Numbered from the stretch's first letter, positions 53,472 through 64,000 are shown. The stretch: DNA of 64,000 nt from Leucoraja erinacea (GCF_028641065.1 NC_073385.1:18600001-18664000), one strand, 5' to 3'. Numbers and translations: made by a program. The notes: generated by a model not told the origin, from the sequence alone.

Positions 53472-54464
53472 ATGGACAACGTGACGGTCGGGAGGTCCAA
53501 CTCCAGTTGCTTGGTGGACAACAGCGCGGATGTCCTGGTGCCAGTCATCTACGCCGCCACCTTCCTTGTCAGCTTGCCCGGCAACTGCCTGTCCATCTAC
53601 GTGGCCGCATTGCAAGTGAAGAGAGGCAACGAGATCGGTGTCTACTTGATCAACCTTTGCTTCGTCGACATCATCAACACCCTCATCTTGCCCTACTGGT
53701 TCTGCCATCACTTCACTACCGCCATCGGCAACGTGTCCGTGCACAACACGGTGGCGGTGTTGTCCTCCAGCACCATGTACATGAGCCCTGCCTTCCTGTG
53801 CTGCATTGCGGCGGACCGCCACCTCGCCATCGTCCACCCTCTCCGGTTCCACCGGCTGAGGACCCTGCGGGCAGCCGTGGCGGTGAGCGCGACGTGCTGG
53901 CTGCTCCAGCTGTCCCTCCACGCCCTCCTCCTCCACCAGCAGGGCCTCCTCTCCTCCGACTTCACCTCCAGGCCACTCTGGGTGGATCTTCCCCTGGAGG
54001 CCACCGCGGCCGAGGTGTGCCTGATACGTTTCGTCCTCAGCTTCTGCCTCCCCTTCTCCCTCTTCCTCTTCTGCTCCCAGAGGATCTACAGGGCGGTGGC
54101 CAGGAGCAGCGGCGTGGAAGACGGAGAGAAGAGGAAGATCGCCAAGTTGCTGCTCTTGCTCCTCCTGGTCTACGCCGTCAGCTTCGGGCCTTACCAGTTG
54201 ACCTCCCTTGCCCGCAGCGTGGCCGAGCCGGGCAATTGCCCCTTCGCCCAGCTCGCCATCACCCCCTACAACGTCTTCTTCGCCTGGACTGGAGTCAACT
54301 GCGCGGCCGACCCCATCCTCTACTGCTGGCTCTCCGACGCGGCACGACAGGACATTGTCCACTTGACCACCGCCCTCAAACACAAACTGCCGCGGCTCTG
54401 TAGGCGGCTGGAACACCACCGTGCCGACCGGACCCCCAAACACATCTCAGACCTCCCCCTCTGA
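53472..54464 (+). CDS. Class A GPCR, GPR4/GPR65/GPR68 family-like, copy 2, 330 aa
   Basis: Same protein as copy 1 with 12 aa differences by eye; intact ORF. Acceptor tctctctctattccccagcgcag ends at 53437. Confidence 0.9.
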   Translation: MDNVTVGRSNSSCLVDNSADVLVPVIYAATFLVSLPGNCLSIYVAALQVKRGNEIGVYLINLCFVDIINTLILPYWFCHHFTTAIGNVSVHNTVAVLSSSTMYMSPAFLCCIAADRHLAIVHPLRFHRLRTLRAAVAVSATCWLLQLSLHALLLHQQGLLSSDFTSRPLWVDLPLEATAAEVCLIRFVLSFCLPFSLFLFCSQRIYRAVARSSGVEDGEKRKIAKLLLLLLLVYAVSFGPYQLTSLARSVAEPGNCPFAQLAITPYNVFFAWTGVNCAADPILYCWLSDAARQDIVHLTTALKHKLPRLCRRLEHHRADRTPKHISDLPL

Positions 54465-54724
54465 TTAGCAATATTACAAAATGTTTAGATTTTTTAAATC
54501 AAGTCTGCAATTTATCCCATCAGATAAAGCGTAAAAAGAAGTTTAATTTGACACCTAATTCACTTTCATATCTTTAGTATTATAAAAGTTATGGCCATTT
54601 TCATACTCTGAAATTAGCATCTTGTTCCCTATTGCTTTTCCATTGACTTAACTCAAAAGCTGTGATCAAGGACAGTCAAAAGCCCATAACTTTGTTAAAA
54701 AATTAAGAGAACTGAATGAAATTT

Positions 54725-57700
54725 TCTTTCTTTCTTTCTTTTAAAATCCATCCTGGGCATTGTGTATTTTCTAAATCATTTGTCCAAAACATTAAATAAC
54801 GAACATTAACTGCCCAATAGTAGAATCTAAGGTTCGGCAGTGCCAATCCGCTGTCTTTTTTTGATTTATGTAAGTATTTTTTACTTAGTCTGGAATTTTT
54901 ATTCTGCCATATACATGAAAACATTTTGGAATCAATAATATCAAAGAAAGATTTGGCAATAAAAATTGGGATCGTCTGAAATAAATACAAAAATTTTGGT
55001 ATGATAAACATTTTAATAGCATTGATTCAGCCGATTAAAAATAAGGATATTGGTGACCATTTAGTAAACTGTTGTTTGATATGGTCAATTAGAGGCGTAA
55101 AATTAGCTTTAAATAAATCCTTGCGTTTCTTGGTAATCTTAATACCTGAATAAGTAAAACTTTCGGTAGTCAATCTAAATGGAAACTGTCCATAATTCAA
55201 AACTAGATTGTTTAATGGAAAAGGCTCACTCTTACTAAGATTTAGTTTATAACCAGACAAACTACTAAATTGATTAAGTGGTGCTACTATTGCCGGAATA
55301 GATTTCTCAGCATTAGAAATGAATAATAACAGATCATCTGCATAAAGAGATAGCTTATGTGTCTTATTCCCGCGGACAATACCAAAAATATTAGGGGATT
55401 CCCTAATAGCGGTGGCCAAAGGTTCCAAAGCAATGTCAAACAGTAAAGGACTTAAAGGACAGCCCTGTCTAGTACCTCGAAAGAGCCTGAAAAAAGGGGA
55501 TCTCTGATTATTGGTAAGTACAGAAGCCTGAGGTATATGATATATCAGCTTGACCCAAGAAATACATTTTGGACCAATCTTAGATTTTTCAAGTGTGTTG
55601 AATAAGTATTCCCATGCTACTCTATCAAACGCCTTCTCGGCATCAAGTGAAATGACACATTCTGGGGTTTTATTTAACGGTGTATATACGATATTCATTA
55701 TTCTCCTAATGTTAAAGTATGAGTAACGATTTTTAATAAAACCTGTCGGATCTTCAGATATAATTTGCGGTAATATATTTTCCAATCTCATAGCTAATAT
55801 TTTGGAAATAATTTTGGAATCTACATTTAACAGTGATATAGGTCTATATGATGTCACTTCAGTAGGGTCTTTATCTTTTTTAAGAATTAAAGAAATAGAT
55901 GTTTCATAAAAGGATTGTGGTAATCTATTCATTAAAAAGGCTTCTTTAAAACCCTTGCATAGCCAGGGAGACAGTAAACTTGAGAATTAGAATTCTACTG
56001 TAAACCCATCTAAACCGGGAGCTTTACCAGAATTCATTGAAGCGATTTATTTCTGTATTTCTTCCTCCGTGATGGGTTCATCTAACAACAGAGACTCATT
56101 ATGTGGTAAATTTGGCAAACTCTTGCATTATATTGGAATCAGTAGGAAATTCTGATTGGTATAGGGAGGTATAAAATTCCTGAAAGGATTTATTAATTTC
56201 GTCATGGTCAACAGTTAGTGTACCATCCCGTTTACTCACTTTAGTAATCTGACATTTGGCCGACACCGCTTTAAACTGATTAGCGAGTAATTTACCAGAT
56301 TTTTCACCATGAATATAAAATTGACTTTTGGTTTTAAGTAGCTGGTTCTAAATCGGTGATATTAATAACAAATCATATCTCAATTGAAGTTCAACTCTAT
56401 TTTTATAGAGCTCTAAACTAGGAGCTTTTGAATATTTTTTATCACTTTCTCTAATCTCATCAGTCAATATACGTATTTCGTTTTGAGTTTGTATTTTTAA
56501 TCCCGTGGAGTATGAAATAATTTGTCCACGAATATATGCCTTAAAAGCATCCCAGACTACATCATTGGATATTTCTTCAGTAGAGTTTGTTAAGAAGAAG
56601 AAAGCAATCTGATCTTTAATAAAATTAACAAAATTTAAATCTTGAAGCAAATTAGCATTAAATCGCCATTGTTTAGCACTAAACGTGGAATCAGGTAGTT
56701 TGTTTGATAGTTTCAATGGTGCATGATCAGAAATAACAATTGCATCATACTTACATGCAGTGACCGATGAAACTAGCCGAGAATTTATTATAAACTAGTC
56801 AATCCTAGAATAACTATGAGAATACATATACATGAGAAAAAAAAGAAAATTCTTTGTCATTTGGGTGTAAGAATCTCCAGACTTCTAACATTCCAGAATC
56901 AAGTAAAAAAGAATTGATAAAACTAGCTAATTTATTTGGAAGCACATGATCAGCTGTAGATCTGTCAATCGAGGGGTTCAAACAACAGTAAAAATCTCCA
57001 CCCATTATTAAAAAGTGTTCATTTAAATTAGGATAGGATGCAATTAACTGTTTAAAAAACTCAGGGTGATCAATATTTGGTGCATAAACATTCACCATAG
57101 CAACTTTTTGGTTATAAAGAACACCAGTAATCACCAAAAAATCTACCATATGGATCAAACATTATTTCATAATGAACAAATGGAATTGAGGAGTCCATAG
57201 AAATCGAGACTCCTTTCACTTTAGCCTGTGAATTTGAATGAAACTGCTGTCCTCTACGAAACTTGAAAAACCGTTGTCATCTTGCCTTACATGAGTTTCC
57301 TGAACAAAAATAATCTGAGCATTTAGTCTACAAAGAACTTAAAACATTTTTTTTGTCTTAATTGGATGGTTCAAGCCATTCACATTCCATGAAAGGAAAT
57401 TAATACCTTTATCCATATTATTTGTAAAAATCATGTGGGATGTAAAGGGTTAATTTCTTAAAGCATAATAGTTCATGGTACTGGAAGAAGAAAAATCTTG
57501 GGCGGAGCCAGAAGTGATGACATTTCAGACATTTTGTAATTCAGATTCTGCACAAATGAAAAACACTAAGCTAAAAACAAAAGACCCCACCCGTGCAAAA
57601 CCCGAAACTGACCAATACAGTCAGTACGCTACCTAATCCCTTCCCTACCCCCATCTCTCCTAACAATAGCACCCAGCGTAAAAAGAAAGCATATTTGCCA

Positions 57701-59379
57701 CTCAATAGCCAAAACAAAGTCAATGTTTTTTTTTTAAAGTACATGTTGGCAGTGGAACGCAAGAGCAAGAGCTACTTCATATTATTTATCCAAGGTCAAA
57801 ATATTTAAAACAAGAACTGCGTTCACTTAATTTGTCTGAAGACAGGCGGGAAAAAAATTCCTTCAATTTAAAAAATAGAAAAACTAACAAAGAAAATCTT
57901 AAAAATTAATCTTTTTTTCTCTCTTTTTTGTATGGCTTTGTAAATATTTGATTAGTATATAAATGTAAATAATTTGCTGTGCATATAGCTGCTGGTGTAC
58001 ATATGGTGTACATATAGCTGCTAAATTTGTATAAGATAATTATAAGCAGTTGAATAAGGGATGGGAATTAATAAGCTTTGGCTTCTTCCTGCTCCTTTTC
58101 GGACACATACGATTTCATTTATTTATAGATATTGTTTATGACACTTTATAAATATTCTTGTTTTGTTTTTTGCATGCTGTTTCACACTTGCTTTTTATTC
58201 TTTTATTTTGTTCGAAATAAAGAATTAAAATAAATAAATATATATATATATATAACTCGTCCAGTTAAATTCTTATTCATTACCAAATGATATATTGTCA
58301 AACTAGGAACAGTACAATCTCCAATATAATCTCCAATTATAACTTAATCAGCTATCAATTGCTCCCAGTCAGAACTTCACTCTTGTAGCCTCCAGAAAGC
58401 TGGAAGCGTCTTGAGGATTGTTAAAAAATCGAATGTTACCATTAAAGTGTTGTATACGCAGTCTAGTTGGATAAAGTAAGGCTGGGCGCAACTTTTTCTT
58501 AAACAAATCAGACATTACATTATGGAAAGACTTTCTTATTTCTAAAAGCTCGTAACTATAATCAGGAACAAACCGAAACTTGCATCCTTAATATTCAACC
58601 ACGCCCAACTTTTTTGCTGCCTGGAGAATGTTCTCCTTCATTTATAAAAAAGTAAAACCGAACAATCAAATGTCTCGGTTTATTACCAGATTTCTTCCCA
58701 ATCCTGTGTGCGTTATCCAAAAATGGAAGATTTTCATAGTGTTCGATGTTGAAAGTCTCCTTTATCATTTTAGAAGCATATTTTATAACATTATCTCCTT
58801 CTTGACCTTCCAGCAAAGCACCAATTTGCAAATTCAGTCGACGGCTTCTGTTTTCCAGATCCATATTTTTAATCTTGTATTGCTGGAGTGCCCGAGTATT
58901 TTCATTCATTTTCCGTTCCAGTTTTTCAATCTTCAAATCTCTCTCCTGGCCCAGGCTACGCAAGTTATCAAGTTGTTCCTTCTGTTCACGAGATTCATCT
59001 TGTAACACAATCAGCTTGTCTTGAACATCCTTCAATTTGATCGAAACTCCTTTCACCAATTCTTCCAAACTGCAAAATGTTGTTTTCATTTCATTTTTCA
59101 GTTCATCATTCATTTTCGATATTGCTTCTAAGATACTAGAGTCAGAAGCTGTGGCTGTGGCTTTCCCAAGTTCCTTCCTTGGAGAGCCTCCTTTCCCTCT
59201 TGTCTCCATCCTTTACACGATTAAGGTGTATAAAAGTGTTATCAACACTTTATGAACAGTTAGACAGTGCCTTGAAGTCAAGTAATAACAAGTAACATTG
59301 AAAGAGTGGTAAGTCAAAGTTACAAGTTAAGGGAGCAAACAAATTTGCAACCTTACAGCATGCTGCCACTGGGAGAGTT
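54725..59379 (-). mobile_element. L1-clade LINE with ORF1 and ORF2 remnants and a 3' internal deletion
   Basis: ORF1 58595-59209 (coiled coil, DLENRSRRLNL, AHRIG, PR.LIVRF). ORF2 starts at ATG 57416 (INFLSWNVNGLN). RT 55027-55932 (YRPISLLNVD, LDAEKAFDRV, RGTRQGCPLSPLLF, YADD). ORF2 joins the (GAAA)n tail directly near 54745. Confidence 0.92.
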
Positions 59380-59812
59380 CCTGATATGTTTCCTCATCAG
59401 CTTCTGCCTCTCCTTCTCCCTCTTCCTCTTCTGCTCCCAGAGGATCTACAGGGCGTTGGCCAGGAGCAGCGGCGTGGAAGACGGAGAGAAGAGGAAGATC
59501 GCCAAGTTGCTGCTCTTGCTCCTCCTGGTCTATATAATCAGCTTTGGGCCTTACCATTTTGCCGCCCTTGCCCATGGCGTGGCCGAGCCGGGCAGTTGCC
59601 CCTTCGCCCAGCTCGCTATCACCCCCTACAACGTCTTCTTCGCCTGGACTGGAGTCAACTGTGTGGCCGACCCCATCCTCTACTGCTGGCTCTCCGACAC
59701 GGCATGACACTGGACCCCCACCCTCAAACACAAACTGCTGCGGCTCTGTAGGCGGCTGGAACACCACCGTGCCGACCGGACCCCCAAACACATCTCAGAC
59801 CTTCCCCTCTGA
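59380..59812 (+). pseudogene. Truncated third GPCR copy (TM5 to C-terminus only)
   Basis: Homologous to 54020-54464. The 5' part is replaced by an L1 end; CGA>TGA nonsense at 59705-59707 plus a small deletion after it. Confidence 0.88.
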
Positions 59813-59813
59813 T

Positions 59814-60700
59814 TAGCAATATTACAAAATGTTTAGATTTTAAAAATCAAGTCTGCAATTTATCCCATCAGATAAAGCATGAAAAGAAGTTTAATTTGAC
59901 ACCTAATTCACTTTCATATCTTTAGTATTAAAAAAGTTTCATACTCTGAAATTAGCATCTTGTTCCCTATTGCTTTTCCATTGACAACTCAAAAGCTGTG
60001 ATCGAGGACAGTCAAAAGCCCATAACTTTCATAAAAATTAAGAGAACTGATTGAAATTTTCAGTTATTATAGATTGAAGCATTCTGAAACAAATATGAAA
60101 CAATCTTAGGTACACAAAAAAGCTGGAGAAACTCAGTGGGTGCAGCAGCATCTATGGAGCGAAGGAAATAGGCAATGTTTTGGGCCGAAACCCTTCTTCA
60201 GACGGAAGATGAAACAATCTTACTTGGATGACCTGAAATTAAAGCATATAATTAGTTAGTTACCTAATTGTTGCTAATTACAAAATTCAATTACTAGATC
60301 TAAACTATCCATGTTTTAAGAAAAGGTTAACATTTTTAAATAGCCTAAGTGTCCAAATAACATTCACACAAGAATTCACAATATAACATGATTTTTTAAA
60401 TTTAATTGTCATTAATTTATAGGCCAAATGGAGGGAATTCAATATTTAATTCCCCTAAATGAATGGACATTTTAATAATCTTGCGAGTGGGTGTTTGTGG
60501 AATGCGATCGACTGGAACGTTGCGGTTGCAGTAAATTTGAACCCCATATCAGCAGGAAAAATACTGTCGGTTCGTATGGGGCCAAAATCACATTATCGCC
60601 AATGAAATTTTGATTAAAGTCATCCTAAGAAGCAAGTTTATATGTAAAATAGACGACTTACCTTATGTCTTGTCCCCTACGTGAGATCCGTCCCATTGTG
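59814..60700. mobile_element. Second long copy of the hAT-like element
   Basis: Collinear with the reverse complement of about 36640-37411; begins TAGCAATATTACAAAA. Confidence 0.7.
60109..60208 (-). mobile_element. 100-bp Penelope-tail mini-insertion with 14-bp TSD
   Basis: ATGAAACAATCTTA at 60095-60108 and 60209-60222. The homologous empty site is in the repeat copy at about 37105-37125. Confidence 0.85.
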
Positions 60701-61606
60701 GACAAGATGGGCTGAACGGCTCTTATCCACACTCTATGACTCTCCAATTCAGATATCATTCTGGCAATCCAGGGCATATTCTAAAACTGAGATCAAAGGT
60801 TCAAGAGTTTAGTAGTTCAGTATTACAATACTGGTCTTCATTGCAACATTTATCGAGCTGCAATTCAATTCCTTTTTCGCAGTTTACCAATAATCTTAGA
60901 AACAAGGAACCGCAGATGCTGGTTTACAAAAGAAAGCGGCCCAGTGCCGCAGCGGTAGAGTTGCTGCCTCACAGCACCAGAGACCCGGGTTCCATCCTGA
61001 CCTGGGGTGCTGTCTGTACGGAGTTTGCACGTTCTCATGATTGTGGTCGGAGTTTGTACGTAAGCCAGCACATCTTTCCTCAGATACGGTGCACAAAACT
61101 GCTCACTTAACTCCAAATGCGGTCTGACCAGCGCCTTATAGAGCCTCAGCATTGCATTCCTATGTGAAAATGTGGGGAGAAGGTTCTGACCTCAGTCAGC
61201 TCACCCTTCAGCCCTTTCTTCCCAACCTATCCCATTTCTCCCTAATCCAGGCAACATCGTCAGATTCACTCATTTCCTGCACTATAGTCATACAGTACTT
61301 GTCCACGCCAAGCAAGATTCCCCATCTCAGCAAATCCCTCCTGTCCGCATCTGGCCCACATCCCTCTAAAACTTTCCTATCCATCTCCCCTGACCAAATG
61401 CCATTATAGTCCCAGCCTCAACTACCTCCTCTAGCAGTTCATTCCATACACCCACTGTGTGGAAAAGTTGCCCCTCAGGTTCCTATTAAAACGTTCACCG
61501 CTCACCCTAAAGCTATGCCGCCTGGTTCCTGCTTCCCTTCCCCGAGGGTTAAAAGGCTCTGTAAATTCACCCTAGCCATTCTCCTCATAATTCTACACAC
61601 CTCCAT

Positions 61607-61800
61607 NNNNNNNNNNNNNNNNNNNNNNNNNNNNNNNNNNNNNNNNNNNNNNNNNNNNNNNNNNNNNNNNNNNNNNNNNNNNNNNNNNNNNNNNNNNNNN
61701 NNNNNNNNNNNNNNNNNNNNNNNNNNNNNNNNNNNNNNNNNNNNNNNNNNNNNNNNNNNNNNNNNNNNNNNNNNNNNNNNNNNNNNNNNNNNNNNNNNNN
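61607..61800. other. Assembly gap
   Basis: Run of 194 N. Confidence 1.
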
Positions 61801-63082
61801 ATTTATGAATCCCAAGATCCTGGAGCGCTGCCTACGCCACCACGCCTCGCCACACGCCATTACAGGAGGTAGTTGAGGCAGGTACTATAACAATGTTTAA
61901 AATACCTTTGGACAGGCATGTGGATTGGAAAGGTTTAGAGGGATGTAGGCCAAATGTGGGCAGGAGGGACTAGCGTAGATGGGGCATCTTGATCAGCATG
62001 GGCAAGTTGGGCCGAAGGGCCTGATTTCACGCTATATAACTTTATAACTCTATGGATATGGGCCAAATGTGGGCAGGAGGGACTAGTGTAGATGGGGTAT
62101 CTTGGTGGGCATGGGCAAGTTGGGCCGAAGGGCTTGTTTTGGTGCTGTACCACTCTATGACTCTAGTCTGGTCAGGGTACGAGTGCTTCTGCCAGGAGTC
62201 TTTGTGGGCATCTTGTTAGTGGTGAACCGTCTGCTGGTGTTGGGGAAGGGGTGACGTATGAAAGGGAACAGGTCACCTGGCACAGGTGAGGAGGCTGTGA
62301 CATCACGCCCACAAGCCACTGCTTCCATTCATGATGTCACACAGCAGGGAGCTTTGTTCAACATGGCTGCTCGCAGAGGGACGCCAAGCTAACCCCCGAG
62401 CAAGGACCACAGCGATCAGGAGCGACAGAGAGACGCCAACTGACGTCCACAGGTCAGTCTCACCTTGGGCCACAACACCAGCTGGTCGAAACTCAAATTT
62501 GAAAAAGTGTTGCCCTACAGGTCCCAGTCCGAAACGTCACCTATCCACGTTCTCCACAGATGTCCACAGATGCTGCCTGACCTGCTGAGTTACTCCAGCA
62601 CTCTGTGAAACGTCACCTATCCACGTTCTCCACAGATGCTGCCCGACCCGCTGAGTTACTCCAGCACTCTGTGTCTATCTTCAGCCTACACCAGGCCCTG
62701 TCTCCCAGAGAGGGATCACGGAACCGGGGGCTAACTGCTCCAAAAAGTGGTCGTAATGCCGTACAGGCCCTTCGGCCCGACCCGTCCATACCAGCCCTTC
62801 AAAGCAAATCCCATTTGTCCATGAATGCCCCATCTAAACTGGTCCCACCAGTCCGTGTTTGGCCCATATCCCTCTAAACCATTCCTATCCATGTTCCTGT
62901 CAAAATGTCTTCCAAATTATCCATGCCTCCTTGACCTCCTCTGGCAGCTCACTCCGTAAACCCACCACCTTCTGTGTGAAAAAGTAGCTCCTCGGGTTCT
63001 TGTTAACTCTTTTCCCTCTCACCGTCAATCTATATATGTTGCCCTGCCTCTGATTCCTCGACCCTGGGGTATAAGATTCTGT

Positions 63083-63257
63083 ATAGGCAAAATTGCTGGA
63101 GAAACTCAGCGGGTGCGGCAGCATCTGTGGAGCAAAGGAAATAGGCCTCGAAACGTTGCCTATTTCCTTCGCACCATAGATGCTGCTGCACCCGCTGAGT
63201 TTCTCCAGCAATTTTGTCTACCTTCGATTTTCCAGCGTCTGCAGTTCCTTCTTGAAC
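63083..63257. mobile_element. Foldback Penelope-tail element with 12-bp TSD
   Basis: ATAAGATTCTGT at 63071-63082 and 63258-63269; inverted arms of about 60 bp; inserted in a CR1 fragment. Confidence 0.8.
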
Positions 63258-64000
63258 ATAAGATTCTGTGTATTCACCCTATTTTCCTCTTTTGATCGCA
63301 TTGTAAACACATCTGTTAGATCAGCCCTCAATCTCCGATGCGTCAAGCAATAGCCTCCAAGCCCGACCAACCTCACCCTGTAGTTCAGGCCCTTGAGATC
63401 TGCCCCACATCCTCGTAAATCTTCCCTCGTTCCAGCTTCATGACATCCTTCCTTTCATCGACAATAGACAATAGGTGCAGGAGTAGGCCATTCGGCCCTT
63501 CGAGTCAGCACCGCCATTCAATATGATCACGGCTGGTCATCCCCAATCAGTACCCCGTTCCTGCCTTTTCCCCATATCCCCTGACTCCACTGTCTTTAAG
63601 AGCCCTATCTAGCTCTATCTTGAAAGCATCCAGAGAACTGCCCTCTGTAAAGGCAGAGAATTCCACAGACTCACAACTCTCTGAGTGAAAAAATGTTTTC
63701 TTGCCTCCGTTCTAAATGGCTTACCCCTTATTCTTAAACTGTGGCCCCTGGTTCTGGACTCCCCCAACATCAGGAACATGTTTCCTGCCTCTAGTGTAAG
63801 ATCTCTATATAAGATTATTATAATCTTATATGTTTCAATAAGATGCCCTCACATCCTTCTAAACTCTAGAGTGTACAAGCCCAGCTGCTGCATTCTCTCA
63901 GCGTATGACAGTCCTGACATCCCGGGAATTAACCTCAAGAACATTAGCAGGGAGATCAAAAACTGAACACACTAGATACTCCAAGTGCTGTGTCAGCAAA

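Larger units (their letters stand above)
46326..57170. repeat. Right arm of a large inverted segmental duplication
   Basis: Reverse complement of the left arm apart from arm-specific insertions and deletions, e.g. 50750-51190 vs 38900-39330 and 48810-50350 vs 41215-42760. Confidence 0.88.

Noticed and set aside
35261-54464. Positive selection between GPCR copies 1 and 2
   Set aside because: By-eye count is about 13 non-synonymous vs about 8 synonymous changes, which does not suggest dN/dS above 1; a formal codeml test would be needed.
61515-61860. ORFs spanning X runs
   Set aside because: Artefacts of the N gap.

Overview
Eukaryotic, repeat-dense vertebrate DNA. The repeat set (HE1/V-SINE-like SINEs, CR1/HER1-like LINE tails) suggests a cartilaginous fish such as a skate or ray; this is an inference. 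(1) 385-18813 (-): a complete 9-exon HHIPL1 gene assembled by hand from GT-AG junctions, 2379 nt / 792 aa, with signal peptide, Cys-rich folate-receptor-like domain, GSDH beta-propeller and C-terminal SRCR domain. (2) About 25.9-57.2 kb: a large diverged inverted duplication around a ~2.1 kb spacer (44249-46325). It carries two intact, divergently oriented 330-aa single-coding-exon GPCRs of the GPR4/GPR65/GPR68 proton-sensing family, followed by a third truncated pseudogene copy. Both intact receptors lack the two cysteines of the canonical TM3-ECL2 disulfide and have DRH instead of DRY. (3) Mobile elements: a structurally complete but coding-decayed DIRS1-type tyrosine-recombinase retrotransposon nested in an L1, L1, CR1, Rex1/Babar and L2 fragments, PIF/Harbinger-type MITEs, a hAT-like element and Helitron-like elements. 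There is also a family of Penelope-derived 100-200 bp elements carrying a minimal hammerhead-ribozyme motif; several are foldbacks with 12-18 bp target-site duplications and empty sites visible inside this window. About 21-27.5 kb looks like error-rich sequence, and there is an N gap at 61607-61800. All alignments were done by eye, so repeat boundaries are approximate.
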